DNA of 64,000 bases. It comes from a virus. Lineage: Duplodnaviria > Caudoviricetes. The stretch's first letter is position 1, and each line of letters starts with the position of its first letter. Below, in pieces: positions 46,257 to 55,400 of the stretch. Location of the stretch: the IMG/VR virus record IMGVR_UViG_3300046786_000304, positions 96,001-160,000 of that record; one strand, written 5' to 3'. The position numbers were made by a program, and so were the translations under genes. The notes under the pieces are model-generated. The model had not been told where the DNA came from. It did not search any database and worked only from the letters and a program-made list of their open reading frames with translations.

Positions 46257-46279
46257 AAACCCGCTTCGGCGGGTTTTTT
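46257..46279 (+). terminator. Intrinsic terminator
   Basis: AAACCCGC-TTCG-GCGGGTTTTTT; same core as the porin terminator. Confidence 0.9.
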
Positions 46280-46280
46280 A

Positions 46281-46309
46281 TTGACACAAATTAGCAAAAG
46301 TAGTACAAT
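46281..46309 (+). promoter_or_regulatory. Sigma70-type promoter
   Basis: TTGACA-CAAATT...(17 nt)-TACAAT. Confidence 0.8.
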
Positions 46310-46337
46310 ATACTATACATAGCAATTTGGAGCAGTT

Positions 46338-46778
46338 ATGATGGAATACGATGTGACAGCAGACAGTCCAAAAATTAAAAAGTTTTTAGCTAGTTTGATG
46401 CCTTCATATATCAAACAGTTGGGACTTACTAACAGTAAACGAGCAGTCCTAGTTAAAGTTACTCGAGACTTAGAAGAAGATTTCCAAGGTGCTACGATGA
46501 ATATCGAAGCCGCAGACTGTATGATGGTCTTGCTCAAACCACCAAAGCGTCTCACCCCAAATAGTTTGTTAGACTTGGCTAGTACTTTAGCACACGAAAT
46601 GGTACACGTCAAACAATTGGCAAAAGGGCAAATGAAGTTCTTGCCAAATGAAGCCAGAATTTGGAAAGGTAAACGCTATACCAAAAAAACTAAGTATTTG
46701 GATATGCCTTGGGAGATTGATGCTTTCTCCAAACAAGAACTGCTCTTGCGTAGAGCAATTGAAATTGACGTAAAATAG
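46338..46778 (+). CDS. Zinc metallopeptidase-like protein (HExxH)
   Basis: 'TLAHEMVHVKQ' plus downstream 'PWEIDA' third ligand Glu. Confidence 0.8.
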   Translation: MMEYDVTADSPKIKKFLASLMPSYIKQLGLTNSKRAVLVKVTRDLEEDFQGATMNIEAADCMMVLLKPPKRLTPNSLLDLASTLAHEMVHVKQLAKGQMKFLPNEARIWKGKRYTKKTKYLDMPWEIDAFSKQELLLRRAIEIDVK

Positions 46779-46793
46779 AAGTTAGTGTATAAT
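46765..46793 (+). promoter_or_regulatory. Sigma70-type promoter
   Basis: TTGACG-17nt-TATAAT with TG extension. Confidence 0.8.
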
Positions 46794-46816
46794 TATATTT
46801 TTACCTAGGAATAAGC

Positions 46817-48013
46817 ATGGCTACAAAAAAACCCGTTAAACAAGTAAGTTCAGATAAATTGGCATGGCGTTTTGAGCCTCCGGCCAAAACAGTTGCCTAC
46901 CGAGAAGTAGATTCTAAGTATGTAGGTGAAGAACCCACTTACCCTAGCATTGAAGAACAAGCGCAATGGACTAACAGCGAATACCGCAGTCAGGTCATGC
47001 GTACACTTAATTGGTATGCTCACACACAAGACAAAAAGAAAAGCGCAGAATGGCTTGCTCAATTCCTTGCTCGTAATCCACGCCGCCAAAAACTAGCAGA
47101 ATCCGTTAAGCGCGGCGACATTTGGCCAGGCGCCACTGTAGGCTTTGCCCTTAGAGCAGGTCGTGTCGGACTAGCCCTGCGTTTTGGCACACTTCGTACT
47201 CTTGTTAAACAGTTGAAAGAAGCTGACGTTGGTATTGATACCAGTAATCAAGTCGTAGAAGAAGTTAAAGACGACAAGCCCAAGTTCAACATCCAAGAAC
47301 GTATGGCAGAAAAGACTTCTGAGTTCTTAGGCGAACTAGAAGGTCGCTTTGACGAGTTCATGGCAGAGTTCAAAGGCGAGCCTAAACTAGTTGAACTTAT
47401 GACACAGATGAATGTGCCAGCGGTACAGGTTAAAACTGTACAGGAATTCATTAACAAAAAGATTGCAGAGTTCGAAGAAGTTAACTCGAGTAAAGATCCC
47501 CAGGTATTAGAAGCATACAAGCATTTGGGTAAGCGTCAAATTACAGCGATGATCAAATGGTGGACGCAGGCTTTGACAGATGCTAACAGTTACAATGTTG
47601 TTAAGAAAGCCAGCAAGGCTCCACGTAAGAAGAAAGCAGTGAGCCCAGAAAAAGTTGTGTCTAAGTTAAAGTACGCAAAAGAGTTTAAAGAGCTAAGTTT
47701 GAAAAGTGTGGATCCGACTACAATTCTTACGGCACAAGAGCTTTGGGTGTTCAATACAAAGACACGCAAGTTGGGTATCTATATTGCGGACCAATACGCA
47801 GGTACCCTTTCAGTTAAGAACAGTTCTATCCTAGGATTTGATGCCAACGCAAGTGTACAAAAGACGTTGCGTAAGCCTAAAGAACAGCTTAAAGAGTTTA
47901 GTGCTAACGGCAAGCCAGCCGCTAAGAAATGGTTTAAAGGCATCAAAGCTACAGAGATCAAACTTAATGGCAGAGTTGGTACAGACATTATCTTACTAAA
48001 AGTCTACAAGTAA
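46817..48013 (+). CDS. Hypothetical basic protein
   Basis: 398-aa ORF with AGGA RBS and its own promoter; no motif recognised. Confidence 0.75.
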   Translation: MATKKPVKQVSSDKLAWRFEPPAKTVAYREVDSKYVGEEPTYPSIEEQAQWTNSEYRSQVMRTLNWYAHTQDKKKSAEWLAQFLARNPRRQKLAESVKRGDIWPGATVGFALRAGRVGLALRFGTLRTLVKQLKEADVGIDTSNQVVEEVKDDKPKFNIQERMAEKTSEFLGELEGRFDEFMAEFKGEPKLVELMTQMNVPAVQVKTVQEFINKKIAEFEEVNSSKDPQVLEAYKHLGKRQITAMIKWWTQALTDANSYNVVKKASKAPRKKKAVSPEKVVSKLKYAKEFKELSLKSVDPTTILTAQELWVFNTKTRKLGIYIADQYAGTLSVKNSSILGFDANASVQKTLRKPKEQLKEFSANGKPAAKKWFKGIKATEIKLNGRVGTDIILLKVYK

Positions 48014-48021
48014 GCTAAACT

Positions 48022-48058
48022 AAATCTCCCGATAAATACAATATCGGGAGATTTTTTT
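48022..48058 (+). terminator. Terminator/RBS-sequestering hairpin containing a late promoter
   Basis: 13-bp stem AAATCTCCCGATA/TATCGGGAGATTT plus T run. GATAAATA at 48031-48038; GGAG RBS in the 3' arm. Confidence 0.8.
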
Positions 48059-48805
48059 ATGAGTATCAAAGACGAAGTTACTAAAGATATAGAGCTCAGA
48101 CTTGGCGGCGGCATGGTCGATGTTGAATTGGATTCGGCACACTATGACTTGGCTATTAATCAGTCATTACGCAAATATAGACAGCGTAGTAGTCGAGCAG
48201 TAGCAGAAAAGTTTATCCCTATAGACATTAAAGCAGAACAGCAAGAATATCAACTACCTTTAAATGTTCAATTAGTGCGCGAAGTTATGCTAAGACAAAC
48301 TGGTACAACATTAGCCAGTGGTACAGGTGTTGACTTTGAACCATTCAATGCTATGTATTTGAATAACATGATGTTACAGAATTCTTCAAACTTTGCAGGA
48401 TTATTAAACTACGAATTGTATGCCGATCGTCGTGAACTAATGGCTCGTATGTTTGGCGGCTATGTAACATTTACATTCAGTCAAAACGATAAAAAGATTT
48501 TACTACATCGTAAGTTTAGAGCAGATGATACAGTATTTGCTTGGTGCTGGGTTGAACGTGACGATGAAGACTTATTGATAGATCCATATGCGGGTCCTTG
48601 GTTAAAGGACTATGCCTTTGCCAAAGCTAAGTTTATGTTAGGTGAAGCCCGTGCTAAATTTGCTACAATCGCAGGCCCGCAAGGCGGAACAAGTTTAAAT
48701 GGTGACGCACTAAAAAGCGAAGCAGCCGCAGACTTGGAAAAGTTAGAAGAAGACTTAAAGAATTACGTAGACGGTGGCGGCTACGGAGGATTCATCATTG
48801 GATGA
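48059..48805 (+). CDS. gp13: Neck protein gp13-like
   Basis: 'RLGGGMVDVEL', 'WLKDYAFAKAKFMLGEARAKF..IAGPQGG..LNG..LK.EA' signature. Confidence 0.9.
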   Translation: MSIKDEVTKDIELRLGGGMVDVELDSAHYDLAINQSLRKYRQRSSRAVAEKFIPIDIKAEQQEYQLPLNVQLVREVMLRQTGTTLASGTGVDFEPFNAMYLNNMMLQNSSNFAGLLNYELYADRRELMARMFGGYVTFTFSQNDKKILLHRKFRADDTVFAWCWVERDDEDLLIDPYAGPWLKDYAFAKAKFMLGEARAKFATIAGPQGGTSLNGDALKSEAAADLEKLEEDLKNYVDGGGYGGFIIG

Positions 48806-48989
48806 TTTATCAAAACTCAGAGTACTAGCAGGTGTTGATAAAACAGCACCTAGTCCAGTAACTGGAGAAATCGGTACAAATAAAGGACGTTATCAGCGTG
48901 AACACAACATACGTCCAGGCACAGACGAATGGTTTAAACTGTGGTTCTCCAGACCCAGCTTAACTGGCGAAAAACCTTTTGACAAATAG
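48798..48989 (+). CDS. Small hypothetical protein
   Basis: Likely TTG start at 48798 after GGAGGA; '(M)DDLSKLRVLAGV...PGTDEWFKLWF'. Confidence 0.65.
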   Translation: MDDLSKLRVLAGVDKTAPSPVTGEIGTNKGRYQREHNIRPGTDEWFKLWFSRPSLTGEKPFDK

Positions 48990-49007
48990 AAAGTGTTGCT
49001 ATATACT
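48979..49007 (+). promoter_or_regulatory. Sigma70-type promoter
   Basis: TTGACA-17nt-TATACT. Confidence 0.75.
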
Positions 49008-49013
49008 AGCAAT

Positions 49014-49502
49014 ATGAACATTTACCTTGACATGGATGACGTAGTTGCTGACTGGATGAAAGCGGCACGTGATTATCTTAAAAAACCAACATGGGATTGG
49101 TCACAAATTCTCCCAGACACAGAATGGCGACGTCTTAAAGACAATCAAAGAATGTATCGTCATCTTCCACTTAAACCAGGAGCTCATGAACTAGTTGACT
49201 GGGTTACAAAATACTGTAGACGAACAGATTCTGGCTTATACTTTTTAAGTGCGTTACCGCATAACAATGATGTGCCGTGGGCAGTACAAGACAAAGTATG
49301 GTGGGCTCATGATCACTTTCCGCATATTCCTGTTTTTCTTGGACCATATAGTCATGATAAATGGGTGCGTTGTGAACCCGGCGATATTTTAATTGATGAT
49401 CGTAGAAGTAACTGTGAAGAGTGGGAACGTGCCGGCGGCAGAGCACATATCTATAAAAACTGGGAAGACTGTAAAGTGTGGCTAGAGGAGACATTAAAAT
49501 GA
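49014..49502 (+). CDS. 5'(3')-deoxyribonucleotidase (HAD, NT5C-like)
   Basis: 'IYLDMDDVVADW', 'FLSA', 'DKVWW..DHF', 'ILIDDR..NCEEW...GG' motifs. Confidence 0.88.
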   Translation: MNIYLDMDDVVADWMKAARDYLKKPTWDWSQILPDTEWRRLKDNQRMYRHLPLKPGAHELVDWVTKYCRRTDSGLYFLSALPHNNDVPWAVQDKVWWAHDHFPHIPVFLGPYSHDKWVRCEPGDILIDDRRSNCEEWERAGGRAHIYKNWEDCKVWLEETLK

Positions 49503-50131
49503 TCATTGGCGTATGTGGATTTATTGGCAGTGGCAAAGATACTATTGCCGACTATCTAGTTAACGTTCATGGCTTTCGTCGTGAAAGTTTTGCTAATACA
49601 TTAAAAGATGCAGTAGCCGCAGTATTCGGCTGGGACAGAGTATTGCTTGAAGGTCGTACTAAAGAAGCACGTGAATGGCGTGAGCAAGTAGATCCATGGT
49701 GGGCAGAAAGATTAAACATGCCGAATCTTACTCCTCGTTGGGTATTACAGTACTGGGGTACAGAAGTTTGCCGTCGCGGCTTTCATGACGACATTTGGAT
49801 TGCTAGTGTAGAAAACAAATTACGTAGAAGTAAAGATAACATTGTTATTAGTGATTGTAGATTCCCTAACGAAATTGCTAGTATTAAAAATGCTGGCGGT
49901 ATTATTGTTTGTGTTGAACGTGGGATTCAACCTCATTGGGTTGATATTGCAATTCAAGCAAACAAGGGCGTAGAATCTGCAAACATCTGGTTAATGAAAG
50001 AAAAGATTCATGCCAGCGAAACAGCATGGGTTGGTACTAAATTTGATTATGTACTAGATAATAATTCTACATTAGATTCATTGTTTAATCAAGTAGAAAA
50101 AGTGGTGCAACCTGAGCCAGTAAAAATATGA
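49499..50131 (+). CDS. gp1: Deoxynucleoside monophosphate kinase
   Basis: P-loop 'GFIGSGKDT', 'PRWVLQYWGTE', 'VISDCRFPNE'. Confidence 0.92.
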   Translation: MIIGVCGFIGSGKDTIADYLVNVHGFRRESFANTLKDAVAAVFGWDRVLLEGRTKEAREWREQVDPWWAERLNMPNLTPRWVLQYWGTEVCRRGFHDDIWIASVENKLRRSKDNIVISDCRFPNEIASIKNAGGIIVCVERGIQPHWVDIAIQANKGVESANIWLMKEKIHASETAWVGTKFDYVLDNNSTLDSLFNQVEKVVQPEPVKI

Positions 50132-50148
50132 ATTCCGCTAAATAGCCT

Positions 50149-50197
50149 TGTTTCTCCGAAAACGTATAAATACACATAACCGTTTAAGGAGAAAACA
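50149..50197 (+). promoter_or_regulatory. Late promoter in loop of hairpin that sequesters the gp18 RBS
   Basis: TTTCTCC/GGAGAAA and AAACG/CGTTT stems with TATAAATA (50165-50172) in the loop. Confidence 0.7.
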
Positions 50198-52593
50198 TGG
50201 CTACTTTAGTATCCCCAGGTGTAGCAGTTAGCGTTACAGACGAAAGCCAATATGGCGGTGCCGGACAAGGCACAGTACCGTTAATTATTTTAGCTACAGA
50301 AACAAACAAATCAAATGTCAGTGCTTCTGGTTATGCAGAAGGCACTATTCCAGCAAATGCCGCAAAACCTTATCTATTAACTAGTCAACGAGAGTTAGTA
50401 GAACTATTTGGTCGTCCACAATTTATGGTTGTAGATGGCACGCCAATACACGGCGCAGAAACAAACGAATATGGTTTATTGGCAGCATATAGTTATTTAG
50501 GTCTTGCCAACAGAGCGTATGTTCTTCGTGCTGACATCGACTTAGCACAGTTAGAACCAACTACAGTTGAACCTGCCGGTGCTCCATCAAATGGAACATA
50601 CTGGTTTGATTTAACATCAACATCACTAGGCTTATTTGAAGCAACATCAACAGGTACAAGTAATTGGGAAGCAAAATCCCCTATAATAATCACTAACCCT
50701 GCTGATACTGTTAATGGAACAGGTTTAGTTCCTGATAGTTCTATCGGTGAAACAGGCGATTATGCTTTGGTTGCTACTAGCGTGGTTTCTAGTTATCAAT
50801 TTTATAAAAAATTAAGTAATGGTACTTGGATAATTTGTACTAATTCGGCATTAAGCAAAACAGTATTTGCTAGCCCGCATTATACAATTCCTACGGCAAC
50901 AGCATCTGGAGACTTATGGATTAAAACATCAACTCCAAACAATGGTTTAAAAGTTATTGTTAAGAAATATGTTTCAAGTAACTTACCTGCTAAGAGCCCA
51001 TGGGTAACACAAAATGTTCCTAGCTATGCCAACGACGCTGATGCTAATGCTGGTTTTGGCTCATCATTAGTAGCTGGAAAAATTTACGCAAGAGTATTAC
51101 CTGGCACAGCAAATATTTTATTAAAAGAATACGACGGATCTAATTGGACTTCTTTAAATGAATTGGCAGGTATCGAAGCACCACGTGGCGCAACGGCTGA
51201 TGGTACATTATGGTATAATACTGATTTATTGGCTGATTTATATATCAAAGCTAATGGCCAATGGGAACCATTAGATTCAAATATTACAATTGATTCTAAC
51301 TCTCCACAAAGTCCAACAGCAGGTGACGTTTGGATCGATAGTAGTGACGTAGAAAATTATCCTATGATATACCAATATGATGGCGTGTCATGGACTGCTC
51401 GAGACATCACTGATCAGACAACTCCAAATGGTGTAATATTTGCAGATTTAACAACCACAGCATACGATACAAGTAATAATGGCGGCGCAACTCCAGTTGA
51501 TGAAGAAGCACCAGATCCAGCATTACATCCAAACGGTATCTTGTTATGGAACAGTATTGTATCTACAGGTAACGTTAAACGTTATGATGCCGCAACAGGT
51601 GTGTGGAATACATACAGTGGTAACATGTCCGACGGACGTCCATTTATGTTGCGTAAAGCACAACGTCAATCAGTTGTTAAGGCAATGCAAGCGGCTGTAA
51701 ATTCAAATACACAGATCCGTGAAGAGACAACTTTCTTTACATTGATTGCGGCTCCTGGATACCCTGAACTATTAGATGAAATGGTATCATTAAACACAGA
51801 CCGTAAAGAAACAGCTTTCATTATTGTTGACACTCCATTCAGATTACGTCCACTAGGACAAGAATTGATTAATTGGATGACTGGCAATAATGCAACAGTT
51901 AACGGCGAAGCAGGCATTATTACTTCAACTAACACAGCGGCAGCTTACTATCCAAGCGGTATTACCAGCGACCTAAGTGGCAACGATGTTGTTGTTCCTC
52001 CAAGTCACATTGTATTACGTACAATCGCTTATAACGACCAAGTTGCTTATCCTTGGTTTGCTCCAGCTGGTTTAACACGCGGTGTTGTTACAAACGCAAC
52101 TAACGTTGGTTATATTAACAGCGAAGGCGAGTTTGTTCCAGTAGCATTAACAAATGGTCAACGTGATACATTATATGGTGACGGTAGTAGAGTTGGTATT
52201 AACCCAATCGCACGTTTCCCAGGACAAGGTTTGTATGTGTTCGGCCAACGTACACTACAAAGCTTTGCCAGCGCATTGGATCGTGTAAACGTTGCTCGTT
52301 TAATTGCTTACTTACGTGAGCGTTTTGATCCTTTAGCAAGACCGTTCATCTTTGAACCTAATGATAGAATTACTCGTGCTAATGCTAAACAAGTATTCGA
52401 TGGCTTCTTGTCAGACTTACTTGGCAAACGAGCAATTTATGATTACATTGTTGTTTGTGACGAAACAAACAATACACCTGCCAAGATTGACAGAAACGAA
52501 TTGTATATCGACGTAGCAATTGAGCCAGTTAAAGCGGCTGAATTTATCTACATTCCGATTCGTGTAGTCAACACCGGCGAGTTATCAGCCTGA
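50197..52593 (+). CDS. gp18: Tail sheath protein
   Basis: 'LVSPGVAVSVTDES', 'YPWFAPAG..RG', 'RVNVARL', 'AEFIYIP' motifs. Confidence 0.97.
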   Translation: MATLVSPGVAVSVTDESQYGGAGQGTVPLIILATETNKSNVSASGYAEGTIPANAAKPYLLTSQRELVELFGRPQFMVVDGTPIHGAETNEYGLLAAYSYLGLANRAYVLRADIDLAQLEPTTVEPAGAPSNGTYWFDLTSTSLGLFEATSTGTSNWEAKSPIIITNPADTVNGTGLVPDSSIGETGDYALVATSVVSSYQFYKKLSNGTWIICTNSALSKTVFASPHYTIPTATASGDLWIKTSTPNNGLKVIVKKYVSSNLPAKSPWVTQNVPSYANDADANAGFGSSLVAGKIYARVLPGTANILLKEYDGSNWTSLNELAGIEAPRGATADGTLWYNTDLLADLYIKANGQWEPLDSNITIDSNSPQSPTAGDVWIDSSDVENYPMIYQYDGVSWTARDITDQTTPNGVIFADLTTTAYDTSNNGGATPVDEEAPDPALHPNGILLWNSIVSTGNVKRYDAATGVWNTYSGNMSDGRPFMLRKAQRQSVVKAMQAAVNSNTQIREETTFFTLIAAPGYPELLDEMVSLNTDRKETAFIIVDTPFRLRPLGQELINWMTGNNATVNGEAGIITSTNTAAAYYPSGITSDLSGNDVVVPPSHIVLRTIAYNDQVAYPWFAPAGLTRGVVTNATNVGYINSEGEFVPVALTNGQRDTLYGDGSRVGINPIARFPGQGLYVFGQRTLQSFASALDRVNVARLIAYLRERFDPLARPFIFEPNDRITRANAKQVFDGFLSDLLGKRAIYDYIVVCDETNNTPAKIDRNELYIDVAIEPVKAAEFIYIPIRVVNTGELSA

Positions 52594-52621
52594 TAAATAA
52601 CATAGCCGAAGGAGAAAACAC

Positions 52622-53242
52622 ATGGCAGATTTAACAAAATTTGGAGTTCCAACAGCAGGCCTAGGCGGTGATAACGCTATGGTCATGCCGAAACTTCAAT
52701 ATCGATTCAGAGTTGTTGCTTACAACTTTGGCCGTGAAGGCGGCAGTACAGTTGCACTTACACAAAACGTTGTAAGTGTAACAAGACCAAGTCTAACACA
52801 CGACGAAATTACATTAGACGCATATAACAGCAGAGCATATCTTGCTGGCAAACATACATGGGAACCAGTTACATTAACATTACGTGATGATATTAACGGT
52901 ACAGTAACTAAACACGTTGCTAGTCAGTTACAAAAACAACTTAACCAAGGACAGCAAAGTGCTCCGGCAGCTGGTCGTGATTATAAGTTCGGTCTTGTAA
53001 TTGAACAGCTAGATGGAAGTCAACCTGGTGTAGTAATTGAGACATGGAGCATGAACGGATGCTTTATTCAAAATGCTAACTATGGCGAAAACAACTACGC
53101 AACTAGTGATGTAATGACTATCACATTACAAATTCGCTTTGATGCCGCTGATATACATGATACACAAGTCGAGTCCGCTACAACTTCAGGCGGCTTAACT
53201 AATGGTACAATGGCTATCGGAGCTGGTAACAGCGCAATTTAA
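52622..53242 (+). CDS. gp19: Tail tube protein
   Basis: 'PKLQYRFRV', 'AGKHTWEPVTLTLRDD', 'ITLQIRFD'; follows the sheath gene. Confidence 0.9.
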   Translation: MADLTKFGVPTAGLGGDNAMVMPKLQYRFRVVAYNFGREGGSTVALTQNVVSVTRPSLTHDEITLDAYNSRAYLAGKHTWEPVTLTLRDDINGTVTKHVASQLQKQLNQGQQSAPAAGRDYKFGLVIEQLDGSQPGVVIETWSMNGCFIQNANYGENNYATSDVMTITLQIRFDAADIHDTQVESATTSGGLTNGTMAIGAGNSAI

Positions 53243-53251
53243 GGATAGTAA

Positions 53252-54118
53252 ATGGCGGCATTAACTGACGCTATGAACTGGTATAACTTACGCGGGCAGA
53301 AAGCGGCCCGCGCTAAGTACCATTTTAAAGTAGAATTCTTCAGCAGTCAATATCAAGCACCTACGGCTACAGCGCCTGCGTTGCAAGGTCCAGCACGATT
53401 AATATTTGATTGCATTAGATCTGTTGAATTGCCAAAGTATAGCGTAGAAACTGAAGTTATTAATTCATGGAATATTAGACATCATGTTCCTACTAGAATA
53501 AATTTTGAACCTATTAGTATTTCTTTTACAGATACATTGGATAACAGGTTTATGAATTTTATTAAGGCATATATGGGAGTTATCAGTAATAGTTTTCAGC
53601 CAGCTAAAGAAAGTTTCCGTACTGGCTTTGGTGATAATCCTTTTGGTATTAAAAGATTAGACACAGGAAAAGACGCACCTATAGATAAAATTGAGATAAC
53701 ACAATTTTACGGATCCGATAACAAAAGAACAATAACATTGTGGCGTCCAAAAATTGTCGATGTACAACACGATACATTAGATTATAGTACTAGCGAAGCA
53801 GTTACTTGGCAAATTGGATTTAGATATGAAAGCGTAACTTATAGCGACGGTAAAGCAACAGAAGCGCAAAAGTCAGAAAAAACACAACAACAAACAGCAA
53901 GTAATCCAAATGCCGCGGCATTCATAAAGCAAGCGCAAGATCAAGTTGCACTAAATCAAAAAATAGCACAAGATCAGATTAAAGCGGCAGAATCGGCAGT
54001 TAATTTACCGGCAGCATCATTAAATGGAATGTCTTTTAAAGAAGCAAGTGCTATTGCTAATGCAAGGGCAAACAATGCCATTGGCGGTATAGACCGAGGA
54101 ACTAGAGGCGGAGTATAA
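53252..54118 (+). CDS. Second tube-fold protein (gp54/gp19-like)
   Basis: 'SVELPKYSVETE.IN', 'FEPISISFTD', 'HDTLDYS' motifs. Confidence 0.65.
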   Translation: MAALTDAMNWYNLRGQKAARAKYHFKVEFFSSQYQAPTATAPALQGPARLIFDCIRSVELPKYSVETEVINSWNIRHHVPTRINFEPISISFTDTLDNRFMNFIKAYMGVISNSFQPAKESFRTGFGDNPFGIKRLDTGKDAPIDKIEITQFYGSDNKRTITLWRPKIVDVQHDTLDYSTSEAVTWQIGFRYESVTYSDGKATEAQKSEKTQQQTASNPNAAAFIKQAQDQVALNQKIAQDQIKAAESAVNLPAASLNGMSFKEASAIANARANNAIGGIDRGTRGGV

Positions 54119-54396
54119 TGGCATTAGAAACTAACAAATACGATATAATCTATGGTAGATTATTACATTTAAATTTTACACCAACACATGCTAAAGGTTT
54201 AGCAAAGGTATTGTATGATGTAACAGAACATTATGGCTTTAGTGTAAACCATGTATTACAATATGTAGATAGTAATGGAATTAGATTTGACAATGAAATA
54301 TATTCAGCATTAAACAATGCCAGAACAAATAGTAGTCAAATTGGTTATATAGATAAAGAATACATTCCGCCAGCGATATTACAGCAGGTGGTTTAA
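54118..54396 (+). CDS. Hypothetical protein
   Basis: 92-aa ORF translationally coupled to both neighbours. Confidence 0.7.
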   Translation: MALETNKYDIIYGRLLHLNFTPTHAKGLAKVLYDVTEHYGFSVNHVLQYVDSNGIRFDNEIYSALNNARTNSSQIGYIDKEYIPPAILQQVV

Positions 54397-54866
54397 TGGC
54401 TAGTAATTATAGTCAAGGTTATTTTGCTCCGGAAAATCCATCCAAGTATATAGGCAGCAACCGTCCCAAATATAGAAGCGGCTGGGAACTAACAGTAATG
54501 CGATTTTGCGATAATCACCCCGCAGTTATAGCGTGGGCCAGCGAAAGTTTGCGTGTACCTTATCGCAATCCTTTTACAGGCAAAGAAACATTTTATGTTC
54601 CTGACTTTCTTATAACGTATCAAGATAAAAATGGTAATAAAATCAGTGAAGTCATCGAAGTAAAACCTCGCGGCCAAGCAGTATTAGAACTAGCAAAAAC
54701 ACAGCAAGAAAAAGCCGCAGTTATATTGAACATGGCGAAGTGGGAAGCATGTAAAGCGTGGTGCCAACGGCACGGAATGAAGTTTAGAATACTCACTGAA
54801 GAAGATATATACAATAACTGGGGTGCAAAAAGCAAACCTAAAACAACAAGAGCAAGAAGAAGATGA
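54396..54866 (+). CDS. gp4: Head completion nuclease gp4 (TnsA-like)
   Basis: 'G.F.P.NPSKY.G', 'YRSGWE', 'WASE', 'YVPDF', 'EVKP', 'N.AKW.A' motifs. Confidence 0.92.
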   Translation: MASNYSQGYFAPENPSKYIGSNRPKYRSGWELTVMRFCDNHPAVIAWASESLRVPYRNPFTGKETFYVPDFLITYQDKNGNKISEVIEVKPRGQAVLELAKTQQEKAAVILNMAKWEACKAWCQRHGMKFRILTEEDIYNNWGAKSKPKTTRARRR

Positions 54867-55372
54867 CCAAAAAATTAGAAGAATTTTTTAATTTGGATCC
54901 AGCAGAGCCAGATCGCAACGACAGCGTAACTGAAGATCAGCAGTTATTACCTGTTGCCGAAATAGTGCCGATGTCAGACGCATTAACTAAAATCAAAGAT
55001 CAACTTAGTGTTGCTGCCAAAATAGATGAAGCATTGCCGCAGGTTAAAGGGTTAGAAACAGAAGATCATGCCCTAGACGATTATGCTAATCAAGCTATGG
55101 AGCAGTTTTCTAGATTAATGGATTTGGGTTTTAATGTCGATGACAGAAACGCTGGTAAAATATTTGAAGTCGCTAGTACTATGATGAATAATGCTATTAC
55201 AGCAAAAACAACTAAGCTAGATAAAAAGCTCAAAATGATTGAGTTACAGTTAAAGTTAGCAAGATTACAAAAAGATTTAGGCAAGGACGAAGCAGAAGAC
55301 AAACCCACTGAACTTAGCACAGACCGCAATGCTATCCTTAACTTGATTAATCAGAACTTAAAGAACAAATGA
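54863..55372 (+). CDS. gp16: Terminase small subunit (putative)
   Basis: Helical protein with 'AGKIFEVASTMM..AI.AK' and C-terminal 'DRNAIL', upstream of the large terminase. Confidence 0.65.
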   Translation: MTKKLEEFFNLDPAEPDRNDSVTEDQQLLPVAEIVPMSDALTKIKDQLSVAAKIDEALPQVKGLETEDHALDDYANQAMEQFSRLMDLGFNVDDRNAGKIFEVASTMMNNAITAKTTKLDKKLKMIELQLKLARLQKDLGKDEAEDKPTELSTDRNAILNLINQNLKNK

Positions 55373-55400
55373 ATTGATAAATAATGTATCGGAGATTAAA

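Noticed and set aside
30020-46279. Two pairs of identical terminator cores (GGGCTC-TTCG-GAGCCC; CCCGC-TTCG-GCGGG) as mobile-element ends
   Set aside because: Short UUCG-tetraloop terminators are routinely reused in T4-like phages; no transposase or target duplication is present.
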